Notes under the pieces: model-generated | Seen by the model: only the letters and a program-made list of their open reading frames with translations | The model's database searches: none | Told to the model about the DNA's origin: nothing | Source of the DNA: Hydrurus foetidus | Lineage: Eukaryota | NCBI GenBank assembly: GCA_900617105.1 | Contig: UYFQ01000001.1 | Span: 682,001-746,000 of the forward strand | Length of the DNA stretch: 64,000 nt | Reading direction: 5' to 3' | In this document: positions 18,784 through 29,588 of the stretch, piece after piece | Layout of the letters: every line of letters starts with the position of its first letter | How positions within the stretch are numbered: the first letter of the stretch is position 1 | Made by a program: the position numbers and the translations under genes

Positions 18784-20424
18784 ATGTTGTTCAGGCGCAC
18801 ACCGGGCTCTATCCCACTTCATTCACGGCGCAAGACCGCTGCGTGGTGTTACGGCCTTGCGGCGTGGATACTGGTGGCACTGACCGGCTGTGCCAGTTTG
18901 CCAGCGCCTGCCCCGCGCCCCAACAGCAACGCTATCGCCGCCAGCGTACAGACGGAATTAGGTGCAATGGCAACACATGCCGCTGCGCAAGCCGACGCAT
19001 CCGCTAGCGTGCCCAACCTGCGTTCGGGCCTGCGACCCATGCCAGAGGCCCATGTGGCGCTGGATGCACGGTTGACCCTGATCCGCAAAGCACAGGTCTC
19101 GCTGGACCTGCAGTATTACCTGGTGGGTGATGACGAAATCGGGCACCTGCTGCTGCGCGAGCTGCGCAACGCGGCCCAGCGTGGGGTGCGCGTGCGCCTG
19201 CTGGTCGACGATTTTTATACGCTGGGCATGGACCACCTGTTGCTGGGGCTGGCCGCACAACCCAATGCCGAGGTGCGCTTGTTCAACCCCTTTGCGGGGG
19301 GGCGCAGCACGTCGCTAGGGCGCATGCTGGGTTTGGCGGCAGACTTCAAACGCCTCAACCACCGCATGCACAACAAGCTGTTTTTAGCCGATGGTGTCAT
19401 GGCGATTGCGGGTGGCCGCAATATGGCGGACGGCTACTTCTTGCGGGGCACCGACAACTTCATTGACTTTGATGCGCTGGTGCTGGGCCCCGTAGTGCCA
19501 CAGCTGCAAACCATATTCGACAACTACTGGAACAGCCCGCACGTCTACCCCATCTCTGAGCTTGCGAGCAGCACCGAATCACCAGAATCTTTGCGCGCGC
19601 ACGTCGACAACATCACCCCTGTGCCCAGCCCCGAACCTGAGGCAGCGGCAGCCAGGGACGTGTATGGCGTGCCGCTGTTGTCGGTCGATCTCCCAGGCAG
19701 CCTGCAACACCTGGTGTGGGGCGAGGCCGCAGCGTTTGCCGACAACCCCGACAAGGTGGTACGCGGCACCACGCAGGCAGAAATGTCGCAGACCGCGTAC
19801 TACTACACAGTGGCTGCCTTTCATGAGGCACGCTCGGAGCTGATGCTGTTCTCACCCTATTTTGTGCCGGGCGTGGCCGGCATGGCAGGCCTGCAAACCG
19901 CTCGTTCGTACGGCATTTCGGTACGGGTGGTCACCAACTCCATGGCCACGACCGATGAGCCCCTGGCGAGCTTGGCCTATGAGCGCTACCGCATGCCCAT
20001 GCTAAAGCTGGGTATTGAGTTGTATGAACTGCGCCCCTTGCAAGACCCGACAGACACCCGCTTCGGGCCCGGAGCATCGCGCTCGCGCTGGCATGCCAAG
20101 ATGGCCTTTATTGACCGCAAAACCACGGTGCTGGGCTCCATGAACCTGGACCAACGCTCAGCTACCACCAACACCGAGGTCGTGTTGCTGATCCAGAGCC
20201 CCGAATTTGCAGAGCGCGTGCTGCGCTACTTCAGCGCCACGCGTCCGGACGATGTGAACCATGTGAACCAGGTCAAACTCAAGCCCGACGGCAAGAGCCT
20301 GCAGTGGGTTGCACGCAAGGGCGAAAGCCACGCCGAGGAACTGGATTCGGAGCCCGACATGGACTACCTGCTGCGCTTGAAACTCTTGCTGCTGTCGCCC
20401 TTTGTGTCGGAAGACTTGTTGTAG
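18784..20424 (+). CDS. Phospholipase D family lipoprotein (ClsC/YmdC-like), paralog
   Basis: Lipobox LTGC and HKD motifs HNKLFLAD and HAKMAFID; start uncertain. Confidence 0.9.
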   Translation: MLFRRTPGSIPLHSRRKTAAWCYGLAAWILVALTGCASLPAPAPRPNSNAIAASVQTELGAMATHAAAQADASASVPNLRSGLRPMPEAHVALDARLTLIRKAQVSLDLQYYLVGDDEIGHLLLRELRNAAQRGVRVRLLVDDFYTLGMDHLLLGLAAQPNAEVRLFNPFAGGRSTSLGRMLGLAADFKRLNHRMHNKLFLADGVMAIAGGRNMADGYFLRGTDNFIDFDALVLGPVVPQLQTIFDNYWNSPHVYPISELASSTESPESLRAHVDNITPVPSPEPEAAAARDVYGVPLLSVDLPGSLQHLVWGEAAAFADNPDKVVRGTTQAEMSQTAYYYTVAAFHEARSELMLFSPYFVPGVAGMAGLQTARSYGISVRVVTNSMATTDEPLASLAYERYRMPMLKLGIELYELRPLQDPTDTRFGPGASRSRWHAKMAFIDRKTTVLGSMNLDQRSATTNTEVVLLIQSPEFAERVLRYFSATRPDDVNHVNQVKLKPDGKSLQWVARKGESHAEELDSEPDMDYLLRLKLLLLSPFVSEDLL

Positions 20425-20439
20425 CCTGTGGGCCACGTG

Positions 20440-20657
20440 CCCGATTTAATGGTGCTGATCTCGCCCTGCACCAGCATGGCTGCGCTGGCGAGCGACCACT
20501 ACCCCCCTGGGTCTCACACATGCTGCTGCGCTACCCCATGCGCACGGACCAGATGCTTGCGCAGATTCGCAATCCCCTGCTGTTCATACACGGCACGCAA
20601 GACCCCTTGATCGCGCCACGGCACAGCGACGCGCTCAAGGCCCTCGCCAAGCTGTAA
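20440..20657 (+). pseudogene. C-terminal fragment of an alpha/beta hydrolase, frameshifted
   Basis: LMVLISPCTSMAALASDHYP, then a frame change in a C-run near 20502, then WVSHMLLRYPMRTD...LLFIHGTQDPLIAPRHS. No N-terminal half is present. Confidence 0.6.
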
Positions 20658-20672
20658 GCAACGGCTTCTAAA

Positions 20673-20730
20673 TTGCTATATTTTTTATAGCTTATTACGC
20701 ATATCCTGCTAGGGTTAAAGTCCAAAATAA
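20673..20730 (+). repeat. GCTAY-N7-RTAGC palindromic repeat, intergenic copy
   Basis: GCTAT-atttttt-ATAGCT-tatt-ACGC... Confidence 0.7.
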
Positions 20731-20881
20731 CTTAAAAAAATAGTCCGGCAGCTGGAGCCAGTGCGGGTACGCCTGCGGGTTCTTGGTTTATCATTTAAGA
20801 GAAACTACTATTTATTAAAAACAGAAAATATTAATTTAATGTATAGTTAGAATTCTTATTCGCCGTAAAAGGAGTCTCCAG

Positions 20882-21247
20882 ATGGCAAACGCCGCGTCAT
20901 GGTTCATGTTTTTTCTGGGTATCGCCCACATCGTGTTTGGTTTGATGCGGTTCAACGGCCCGGTGGTGGATGCCGTTTTGGCGGGTTTTATTGGCCAGTT
21001 CGCCGAGCCGGAGGTGCGACGTACCGCCTTTTGGTTTCTGCTCTTGGGGCCCTTGTTAATGCTGGCCGGGCAGGTAGGTATACATGCCGTGGCTAAAGGC
21101 GACCTGGCGCTGCTCAAGATTCTGGGCATTTATATCTTTGCAACCGCTGTACTCGGGGTGGCGGCCTTCCCTCAATCACCGTTCTGGGCACCGCTTGTGG
21201 TTGCCCCCGTGTTGATCGCCGTGGGCTACGGACGGCTGCCACTATGA
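20882..21247 (+). CDS. Small membrane protein (DUF6463-like)
   Basis: 121 aa with about four hydrophobic segments, preceded by an AGGAG RBS. Confidence 0.7.
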   Translation: MANAASWFMFFLGIAHIVFGLMRFNGPVVDAVLAGFIGQFAEPEVRRTAFWFLLLGPLLMLAGQVGIHAVAKGDLALLKILGIYIFATAVLGVAAFPQSPFWAPLVVAPVLIAVGYGRLPL

Positions 21248-21639
21248 ACACGTGTTTTGTTGCTGCAGCCGCCATCGCTTTTGTCGTCGGGCTGGTGCAC
21301 TCCGTGCTGGGTGAAAAGCTGATCTTTCGCCGGCTGCGCGCGTGGGACGAACTTGTGCCTACCAACGGCGGCAACGTGCTGCGTGAGCACCACGTCCGCA
21401 TACTCTGGGCCAGTTGGCACCTTGTGACCGTTTTCGGTTGGTGCATGGGTGCCGTGCTGTTGCGCCTTTCATGGTCAGCGCTGCCGGATGCCTCGAGCGG
21501 GTTTGTGGCTCAGGCTTGCGCCGTTGCCACGCTGGCAGGGTCTGCGTGTGTGTTCATAGGCACGCAGGCCAAACACCCGGGCTGGATTGGCCTGCTGGCT
21601 ATCGCCCTGTGCGTGTGGCTCGGCGGCGCGTGGGCTTGA
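21244..21639 (+). CDS. Hypothetical membrane protein
   Basis: Hydrophobic 131-aa ORF with an ATGA overlap with the upstream gene. Confidence 0.7.
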   Translation: MNTCFVAAAAIAFVVGLVHSVLGEKLIFRRLRAWDELVPTNGGNVLREHHVRILWASWHLVTVFGWCMGAVLLRLSWSALPDASSGFVAQACAVATLAGSACVFIGTQAKHPGWIGLLAIALCVWLGGAWA

Positions 21640-21683
21640 GCCCGTGGCCAACATTTCGCTCTCTAACCCGTTCAAAGACTTCC

Positions 21684-22418
21684 ATGCGCACCACCAAAGC
21701 CCAACAAGCCAAGAGCCACCGGCTCATCATCAAAACGGCCGTCGACCTGATGACCCAGCACGGGTTCGAAGGCACAACGATGAAGCAGATTGCACGCGCC
21801 GCCGATATTGGCGACGCCACGATCTACAAATACTTTCCGACCAAAGAGAAACTGGTCACCGCTTACTTTGAACAAGCCATCACCGACGCCCTGGTGCGGG
21901 CCGAAAAAGCGCCGTGGAACAAGGATTTTTCACTGCACGAACGTATGCAGTTGTTGATCGACAGCTTGTTAGAGATTTTGCTGGCCGACCGCGAATTTGT
22001 CGCCCTGGCGCGCGGGTTGATTGAACGTGCACCGATGCTGCTGCTGGGTGAACAGCTGCCGGGCAAGCCATTGCTGAAGGCCGCATTCATTCAGATGCTT
22101 GAGCAGGCTGAAGCCAGCAAAGAGATAGCGCCCTGTGGCTTCAAACCCAGTCTGGCGGGCTTGCTGGCAGATTATGTCTACGGTGTCATGGCCTACTGGC
22201 TGCGCGACGAATCAGAGCAGTTTGCCAACACCACACAAATGGTAGACCTGAGTCTGGGCGTGCTGGTGCTGGCGCTGCGCAGTGGCCTGGTGGACAAGCT
22301 GCTGGAGCTGGGTGGCTTCATGCTGCGCAGCCAGATGGCGCGGCTCATGCACGATGGCACTGGCCTGCTGGATCTGTTGCAACTGGCCCGCAGTGGCCTG
22401 GGAGGCACCCGCAAATGA
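21684..22418 (+). CDS. TetR-family transcriptional regulator
   Basis: HTH GFEGTTMKQIARAADIGDATIYKYFPTKEKL; start reassigned to MRTTKAQQ. Confidence 0.9.
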   Translation: MRTTKAQQAKSHRLIIKTAVDLMTQHGFEGTTMKQIARAADIGDATIYKYFPTKEKLVTAYFEQAITDALVRAEKAPWNKDFSLHERMQLLIDSLLEILLADREFVALARGLIERAPMLLLGEQLPGKPLLKAAFIQMLEQAEASKEIAPCGFKPSLAGLLADYVYGVMAYWLRDESEQFANTTQMVDLSLGVLVLALRSGLVDKLLELGGFMLRSQMARLMHDGTGLLDLLQLARSGLGGTRK

Positions 22419-22927
22419 AGCCCCTACTCAGTGACCTGCCCGCTGGCAGCCTTATCGCCCAAACACTGCCCAACGCTGACTTTGCCGACTCTTACCAGTT
22501 CGACGACTTGTGGCCGGACAAGAACGCGCTGGAAACTTACCTGACGCTGGTCACCCGCACCCCAGGCTGGATGAATGCGCTGATGGCGATGCGCAACCAG
22601 GCCGTGCGTCTGGTCGGGCTCAAGCACCTGGGCAATCTGTCCACGGCGGTCAATAGCAAACCGGCCAGCGCCTACAAGCTTGGCGATCGTGTCGGCATCT
22701 TTAGCCTCAAACATCTGCAAAACGACGAGGTCATTCTGTTTGATGACGACAAGCATTTGCTGGTGCAGTTGTCCGTCGTTAAACACAAAGTGGATGGCAA
22801 GCCCATGGTGTCGCTGAGCACCGTGGTGCATATCCACGACCGCTTGGGCCGCTGCTACATGGCCATCGTCGGCCCGGCGCACAGCTTCATCGTGCCGCGC
22901 ATGCTGGCGCAAGTGACGCATGTCTGA
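22415..22927 (+). CDS. DUF2867-family protein
   Basis: Motifs ADFADSY, PGWMNALMAMRN, GDRVGIF, DDKHL and PAHSFIVP. Confidence 0.75.
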   Translation: MKPLLSDLPAGSLIAQTLPNADFADSYQFDDLWPDKNALETYLTLVTRTPGWMNALMAMRNQAVRLVGLKHLGNLSTAVNSKPASAYKLGDRVGIFSLKHLQNDEVILFDDDKHLLVQLSVVKHKVDGKPMVSLSTVVHIHDRLGRCYMAIVGPAHSFIVPRMLAQVTHV

Positions 22928-24257
22928 GAACGGCGATGACAAAGCCGAGCTGCCCCGCACGGGGCGCTTGTCGCGCGGTGCCATTGCGGGCATGGCGGTG
23001 GCGCGGGCTGGCTTGGCGCACTTGGGCCACAAAGCGCAATCCCTGACCCGTGATGCAGCGCAAGAGGCACAGGCCCGCACCGCACACGAGGCCGAGTTAG
23101 GCCGCATCCTGTTTGCTGCGCTGAACCAGCTCAAGGGCACGGCCCTGAAGGCCTCGCAACTGATGAGCCTGGAACTGGGCTTTCTGCCCGAAGGCATGCG
23201 CCAGGAGCTGGCCCGCGCCCACTACCAGGTCACGCCGCTGAACCGCGCGGTGGTCATTAAAGTCTTGCGCCAAGAATTGGGTGATGACCCGCACAAGCTG
23301 TTCCAGCACTTCGAGCCACATGCCTTTGCCGCTGCCAGCCTAGGCCAAGTCCATGCAGCCACCTTGGCCAGCGGTGCTGCGGTGGCCGTCAAGCTGCAAT
23401 ACCCTGGCATGGCAGCCTCCATCGGCAGCGATATGCGCATGTTGCGCAGCCTGCTGCAAACATGGGGTGCTCACTCGGATGCGCTGCCCAATTCAGGCAT
23501 CATCGACAGCGTCATGGCCGACATCGAGCAAAAACTTGCCGAAGAGCTGGACTATCTGCATGAAGCCCAAGCCTTGCAATGGTTTGCCCAGCACCTCACG
23601 TTACCCGGCTTGGTCATCCCCCAGCCGGTGATGAACCGCACCACGAAGCGGGTGCTGACCATGCAGCGCCTGCAAGGCCAGCATGTCAACGAATGGCTGC
23701 TAACCCGGCCCAGCCAGGCCCAGCGCGACGGCTACGGCCAGTTGCTGTTCGACACCTTCATGCACTGCGCCTTTGTACTGCACCGCCTGCAGGCCGACCC
23801 GCATCCCGGTAACTACCTGTTCATGCCGGATGGGCAATTGGGCCTGCTGGACTTTGGTTGCACCCGCACGCTGGATGCTGGCTTTTGCGCAGCCGTATCC
23901 ACAGTGTGGTCGGCACTGCTGCATATCCCGGTGGACACCACCAGCCTGCAGCGGGCTTACGAGACATTAGGTCTGACAAGTCCCACGCTCAGCGCACACG
24001 ACTTTGGCACCCAGTTGTTGCCCGCCCTGGCGGACATGCAGGCCTGGCAGCGCCTGCCGTTCACGGTGCCGGTCTACGACTTTGCACAGCACCCGCCTTA
24101 TCCGGGCACCAAACCCGAACACCAACGCGCGGCCGTACAGTTTTTGCAAGCTGTGCCACCCGACCTGCCGTATTTCGACCGTGCCTACCTGGGCCTGACG
24201 CAGTTACTCAAAACGCTGGGTGCACAGGTACACACCAGCAACCCTTGGATCCACTGA
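22920..24257 (+). CDS. ABC1/UbiB/AarF (COQ8-like) atypical kinase
   Basis: Motifs LKGTALKASQ, AAASLGQVH, VAVKLQYPG, ADPHPGN and LLDFG. Confidence 0.92.
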   Translation: MSENGDDKAELPRTGRLSRGAIAGMAVARAGLAHLGHKAQSLTRDAAQEAQARTAHEAELGRILFAALNQLKGTALKASQLMSLELGFLPEGMRQELARAHYQVTPLNRAVVIKVLRQELGDDPHKLFQHFEPHAFAAASLGQVHAATLASGAAVAVKLQYPGMAASIGSDMRMLRSLLQTWGAHSDALPNSGIIDSVMADIEQKLAEELDYLHEAQALQWFAQHLTLPGLVIPQPVMNRTTKRVLTMQRLQGQHVNEWLLTRPSQAQRDGYGQLLFDTFMHCAFVLHRLQADPHPGNYLFMPDGQLGLLDFGCTRTLDAGFCAAVSTVWSALLHIPVDTTSLQRAYETLGLTSPTLSAHDFGTQLLPALADMQAWQRLPFTVPVYDFAQHPPYPGTKPEHQRAAVQFLQAVPPDLPYFDRAYLGLTQLLKTLGAQVHTSNPWIH

Positions 24258-24478
24258 GCGAGCTTGGTCGATGCCTCATCAGCCAACTGGCTTACGGCCA
24301 ATCCGGTGCACGGTGCAATGAAGCGGTGGGAGGCTTCAAGCTTAAAGCGTCGGCTTCGGCTCAAAATTGACCAGCGTGGTTGCAAAAAGCCTTGCATCAA
24401 CATGGTTTGATGAATGCTGCTAGATTGATGATGTGTCCTAGACATATTGGGTCCAGTCGATTTCCGCGAAGGGTTTGT

Positions 24479-25387
24479 ATGAAAAAACTTACTGTTTTTG
24501 CAGCGCTGATCGGTGCTGCATTTTTGAGCGCGTGTGACCAAAAACCTGTAGAAAAACCCTTGGAATACAGCAGTGCGCCTGCGAGTGCTGCCACGTCGGT
24601 CTATCGCTTAGCTGTTCATCCGCTTCACAACCCACAAAAACTCAGCGAAGCGTACCAACCCCTTGTTGATCTGCTGAATCGCCAGCTGCAAGGCGCGCAG
24701 ATTGAGCTGGAAGCCTCGCGCGACTACCAGGCCTACGAGGAGAAGTTCCGGGGTCGCACGCCTGCATTTTTGTTGCCCAATCCGTGGCAGACGCTGCAGG
24801 CGATGAAGGTGGGTTACCACGTCATTGCCATGGCGGGGGATGCTGAAGACTTCAAGGGCATATTCATCGTCCGCAAAGACAGTTCCGTCAAGCAGCCTGC
24901 TGACCTCAAGGGCAAGGTGGTCAGTTATCCGTCGCCCACCGCCTTGGCGGCTGCCATCATGCCGCAGTATTACCTGCACACTAAAGGCATCGACATCAAC
25001 CGGGATATTCAGAACGTCTATGTGGGGTCACAAGAGTCGTCCATCATGAATGCCTATCTGGGCAAGTCTGCCGCCAGTGCGACTTGGCCGCCGCCTTGGC
25101 GTCTGTTCCAAAAGGACCATCCGGCCGAGGCAGCCCAACTTAAGATGATTTGGGAAACACCCTCCTTGATCAACAACTCGGTGATGGCGCGCGACGACGT
25201 TCCGAAGGGCGTGAGCGAGCAGGTGCAGAAAGTGATCCTGGGGTTGACGCAGACGCCGCAGGGCCAAGCCATTCTTGCGGGCATGGAAACGGCGCGCTTT
25301 CATGCCGCCGATGACACCAGTTACAACGTAGCGATTGATTACATCAAACGGTTTGAGAAAGAGGTTCGTCCTGTTGAACAAAAATGA
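24479..25387 (+). CDS. PhnD-like phosphate/phosphonate-binding lipoprotein
   Basis: Lipobox LSAC and PhnD/SsuA-like motif FIVRKDSSVKQPADLKGK; start reassigned to MKKLTV. Confidence 0.85.
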   Translation: MKKLTVFAALIGAAFLSACDQKPVEKPLEYSSAPASAATSVYRLAVHPLHNPQKLSEAYQPLVDLLNRQLQGAQIELEASRDYQAYEEKFRGRTPAFLLPNPWQTLQAMKVGYHVIAMAGDAEDFKGIFIVRKDSSVKQPADLKGKVVSYPSPTALAAAIMPQYYLHTKGIDINRDIQNVYVGSQESSIMNAYLGKSAASATWPPPWRLFQKDHPAEAAQLKMIWETPSLINNSVMARDDVPKGVSEQVQKVILGLTQTPQGQAILAGMETARFHAADDTSYNVAIDYIKRFEKEVRPVEQK

Positions 25388-28300
25388 TCATCAATAGGCT
25401 GAAAAGACTGCTACTTGGAAGCCTGCGCAGACAGTTGATCGTTGGCATGGCGGTGATTGTTGCCACCACGATGTCCGTGTTCGTCTGGGACATGACCCGT
25501 CGCCAACAAGCGGTGGAGATTGAACTGCATACCGAACAAGTGGCGGCGCTGGCCAGCAGTGTGGCGACTTCGTCAGCCATTTGGGTTGCCACCCGAGATT
25601 TCAGCGGATTGCAAGAAATTGTCCAGGGTATTTCACGTTACCCAGATCTTCAGCATGCCATTGTGCTTGACGTGAAAGGCCAAGTATTGGCTCATACAGA
25701 CTCGACCAAAATCGGGAAATACCTGACTGACTTGCCGCAACAACCGCCATTGAAAGCTTTGCATCGAACCGCCGTTCTGATTGATATCACTGCGCCCATC
25801 ATGCTGGCGGGTAAGCAAGTTGGCTGGGTTCGAGTTGGCTTGGAGCTGGGAAACTTCAACACCCAGCTAGCCCTCACCCGGCGCAATGGCGTGATGTATG
25901 CGCTGATCGCTATTGCCTTGAGCGCCTTGGTGGCCGCGTTGGCAGGCCGCTACCTCACGCGGCGGCTGGACGCTATTGAACAGGTGGTGGACGCTGTGCA
26001 GGCTGGCGCGTCCCATGCGCGAACCGACATCTCTGGGGATGACGAGGCCGCACGGCTGGCCAGGCAGGTCAACCTCATGCTAGACAGTTTGGCGCAACGA
26101 GAACAAGCCTTGAAGGAGAGCGAGTTCCGCTGGAAATTCGCCATTGAAGGCTCGGGTGATGGGGTTTGGGATTGGAATGTGCAGACGCATCAAGTGCTTT
26201 ACTCCGAGCGCTGGAAAGAGATGCTGGGCTATGACGAGCATGAGATTGGGAGTGCCGAGACTGAATGGACGAGTCGACTGCACCCGGATGACTTGGCCAG
26301 TGTGTTCGAAACCAACCAAGCCCACTTAGACGGCAAGACCCCTGCGGCCGTGATGGAGTTCCGCCTGCGTTGCAAAGATGGCAGCTGGCGCTGGATTGTT
26401 GGCCGTGGCATGGTGGTCAGCCGTGACAGCCAGGGCAAGCCATTGCGTTTGATTGGAACCAATGCCGATATCACGGAACGCAAGCGCAACGAAGAGGTCA
26501 AAGCCTTTTTGTCACAAGTTGGCAGCGGCAGCGCTGATGAGTCCTTTTTTAAAGCATTGGTTCGGTTTCTTGCCCAAAGTCTGGAGATGGACGATGTGCG
26601 GATTGACAAGCTTGATGATGATGGCTTGAGCGCCCGCAACTTGGCCGTCTGGCACGACGGACAATTTGAAGAGGGTGCGAGCTATGCCCTCAAGGGCACC
26701 GCCTGCGGCGACTTAGCAGGCCAAAAACGCAGCTTTTATCCTGCTAAGGTTTGCGAGTCTTTTCCGGATGACCATGCGCTTCAGACGCTGTGCGCGCAGA
26801 GCTTCATCGGTGTAACGCTCCATAACTATGCCGGACAGGCCATTGGCTTGATTCACGCGATGGCTCGCCATTCTTTGGCAGATTCCTCTCAAGCAGTGGC
26901 AACGTTAGAGAAGATAAGCGCACGGGCTGCTGGAGAGTTGGAGCGCTTGATAGATGAAACCCAGATACGCGAACTCAACGCAAGCCTGGAGGAGCGGGTG
27001 CTGCAACGTACTACCGAGCTTGAGTCCAGCAACCAGTTGCTCGTTCAAGCCAAGTTTCAAGCCGAATCCGCCAACGTGGCCAAGAGTGCCTTTTTGGCCA
27101 ATATGAGCCATGAAATCCGCACGCCGATGAATGCGGTGATCGGCATGGCCTACTTGGCGCTGAAGACGAATCTCGATACACGTCAGCGCGACTATGTGCA
27201 AAAAATCCAAAGTTCCGCACAGCATCTGCTTGGCATCATCAACGATATTCTTGATTTTTCGAAAATAGAAGCGGGCAAGCTCGATGTTGAACATACCCGT
27301 TTTGCGCTCGATACGGTGATTCAAAATGTAGTTAACGTGATCGCTGACAAGGCCGTCACCAAAGGCCTGGAGTTGATTTGTGACATAGATGCCTCCATTC
27401 CGCGCCAATTGCTGGGCGACCCGTTGCGTCTGAGCCAAATCCTGCTTAACTACGTGAGCAATGCGGTCAAATTCACCGATCGCGGTGAAATCAGTATCAA
27501 CGTGCGCCTCGACCAACAGACAGATCAACACATTGACCCAGGCAAAGCGCAAGACGTTTTGGTGCGTTTCGAAGTCACCGATACCGGTATTGGCCTGAGC
27601 CCTGAACAGCTCAGCCGGTTGTTCCAGAGTTTTGCTCAGGCAGACACCTCCACTACGCGCAAATACGGTGGCACCGGTCTGGGTCTGGCCATCAGTAAAG
27701 CCCTGGCGGAACGCATGGGCGGCAAAGCGGGCGTCACCAGCATCGTGGGTTTAGGCTCTAGCTTTTGGTTCAGTGCTAGGCTGGGTTTGGATCTGGCGCC
27801 TGACAGCGACGACTTGCTCAACCTACACCCCAGCGTCGAGCTGCGCGGCAGGCATGTCCTTGTGGTTGATGACAACTTGCACGCGGCGACTGTTTTGCAT
27901 GCGCTGTTGGAATCTATTGGCGCGATTCCCCACAGTGTGAACTCTGGCCAAAGCGCGATTGATGCGGTGCTGCATGCCGCCAGCACCAACCAAGCCTATG
28001 ACGTTGTCATGATGGACTGGCAAATGCCGGAGATGGACGGCCTGCAAGCCGTCCAACGAATTCAAGAGTTGCCGAGCATCCCGCAGCCCAAAAAAATCCT
28101 CGTCACGGCCTATGGGCGCGATGATTTCACCAAAAATCCAGAAAGTCAGCACCTGGACGACAGTCTGCAAAAGCCCGTCACAGCCTCCAAGTTGGTAGAC
28201 AGCTTGATGCATGTTCTTGGCACCCCTCACAGCCGTCCCAATGGAAAAGAAGCCAGTGGGACAAAAAGCGCCCGCCTTCACAGCACGCTAAGCCTCACTC

Positions 28301-29385
28301 ACGCGGCTACCCTGGAAGCTCTCCGGTCGCTGCGGGGTGCCCAAATACTGCTGGTGGAAGACAATGACATCAATCAGCAAGTCGCGTGTGAACTTCTACA
28401 AGACGCAGGTTTTGTCGTGGATGTGGCCGACAACGGCCTTATTGCCTTGGGGATGGTGGCGCAAAAAGCTTATGACATGGTGCTGATGGACATGCAAATG
28501 CCCGTGATGGACGGTCTGAGTGCCACACGAGAAATCCGCAAGCAAGACGCTGCCCGAGCATTGCCAATCGTCGCCATGACCGCCAACGCCATGCAAGTTG
28601 ACCGGGATCGCTGCAAAGAAGCAGGCATGGACGGTTTTGTCACTAAACCGATAGAGCCAGAACACCTTTGGCAAGCGCTGGTACAGCATATACGCCTGCG
28701 ACCCGGTCTGGGGCAACTTGTCAGCATCCCCGCTGCAGCCAGCCTTGTGCATGGCGGTGCCGGAGACGACAGCGCTGTGAGCTTGCCGCAAAACATTGAA
28801 GGGCTTGACATCAGCCTTGGGCTCAAGCGGGTGATGGGCAAGAAAGCCCTGTATTTAAGTTTGTTGCGAAAGTTCATTCAAGGCCAAAGCGATGCCATGA
28901 CGCAGATCAATCAGGCGCTTGCCCAAGACGACTGGGACAGGGCCGAACGTATCGCACACACCCTCAAAGGTGTGGCCGGGAATATTGGCGCGATGGATTT
29001 GCAAGCTCAAACCGCCACGCTGGAAGCCTGTATCAAAGCCAAAGCCCCGCTTGATCTGGTGCTCGCCACCTCGCTTCAGCCGGATCTGATGCTCAAGCAG
29101 TTGGTGTCCCAGTTGCAGCAGGCCTTGTGCACGCAAGAGGGCGACGGTGCAGGCGCGGTGGTGTCTGCCGCTGCCGATTTGGCATCTTTGCGCCACAGTG
29201 CCTTGCTGAATCAGCTCGACACCTTGCTGGCTGACAATGACGCAGCGGCGTCTTCCCTGCTGGAGGAGCAAAGTCAGGCCATCAAGGCCTTGTTAGGAGC
29301 GGCTTATCCCGCCATTGAGCGCGCCATTGATGCGTTTGACTTTGAGCTGGCACATAATTTATTGTTAGAGGTGCGCCAAGGCTGA
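25384..29385 (+). CDS. Hybrid histidine kinase (TM-HAMP-PAS-GAF-HisKA-HATPase-REC-REC-Hpt)
   Basis: H-box [17 protein letters not shown]_3 (GVWDWN, HPDD), two receiver domains and Hpt [13 protein letters not shown]. Confidence 0.95.
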   Translation: MIINRLKRLLLGSLRRQLIVGMAVIVATTMSVFVWDMTRRQQAVEIELHTEQVAALASSVATSSAIWVATRDFSGLQEIVQGISRYPDLQHAIVLDVKGQVLAHTDSTKIGKYLTDLPQQPPLKALHRTAVLIDITAPIMLAGKQVGWVRVGLELGNFNTQLALTRRNGVMYALIAIALSALVAALAGRYLTRRLDAIEQVVDAVQAGASHARTDISGDDEAARLARQVNLMLDSLAQREQALKESEFRWKFAIEGSGDGVWDWNVQTHQVLYSERWKEMLGYDEHEIGSAETEWTSRLHPDDLASVFETNQAHLDGKTPAAVMEFRLRCKDGSWRWIVGRGMVVSRDSQGKPLRLIGTNADITERKRNEEVKAFLSQVGSGSADESFFKALVRFLAQSLEMDDVRIDKLDDDGLSARNLAVWHDGQFEEGASYALKGTACGDLAGQKRSFYPAKVCESFPDDHALQTLCAQSFIGVTLHNYAGQAIGLIHAMARHSLADSSQAVATLEKISARAAGELERLIDETQIRELNASLEERVLQRTTELESSNQLLVQAKFQAESANVAKSAFLANMSHEIRTPMNAVIGMAYLALKTNLDTRQRDYVQKIQSSAQHLLGIINDILDFSKIEAGKLDVEHTRFALDTVIQNVVNVIADKAVTKGLELICDIDASIPRQLLGDPLRLSQILLNYVSNAVKFTDRGEISINVRLDQQTDQHIDPGKAQDVLVRFEVTDTGIGLSPEQLSRLFQSFAQADTSTTRKYGGTGLGLAISKALAERMGGKAGVTSIVGLGSSFWFSARLGLDLAPDSDDLLNLHPSVELRGRHVLVVDDNLHAATVLHALLESIGAIPHSVNSGQSAIDAVLHAASTNQAYDVVMMDWQMPEMDGLQAVQRIQELPSIPQPKKILVTAYGRDDFTKNPESQHLDDSLQKPVTASKLVDSLMHVLGTPHSRPNGKEASGTKSARLHSTLSLTHAATLEALRSLRGAQILLVEDNDINQQVACELLQDAGFVVDVADNGLIALGMVAQKAYDMVLMDMQMPVMDGLSATREIRKQDAARALPIVAMTANAMQVDRDRCKEAGMDGFVTKPIEPEHLWQALVQHIRLRPGLGQLVSIPAAASLVHGGAGDDSAVSLPQNIEGLDISLGLKRVMGKKALYLSLLRKFIQGQSDAMTQINQALAQDDWDRAERIAHTLKGVAGNIGAMDLQAQTATLEACIKAKAPLDLVLATSLQPDLMLKQLVSQLQQALCTQEGDGAGAVVSAAADLASLRHSALLNQLDTLLADNDAAASSLLEEQSQAIKALLGAAYPAIERAIDAFDFELAHNLLLEVRQG

Positions 29386-29588
29386 CGGCTAACCCCGTTC
29401 AATGAAGCGGGGCACCGCGCTGATTGCACTCAAGTCAGACAAGCCAGGCTCAGCGCTTGCAGCATTTTGCCGGTCTTGGTGTTGTGGTCATGTTCGGTCA
29501 CGCTGCCAGTAGGCAGCCCAAGGCCCGACGGGCTTCGTCGGGGCCTGCTGGAGAGTTTCGAGGCCAAAGTCCTCTGCGTCTGCCAGGT

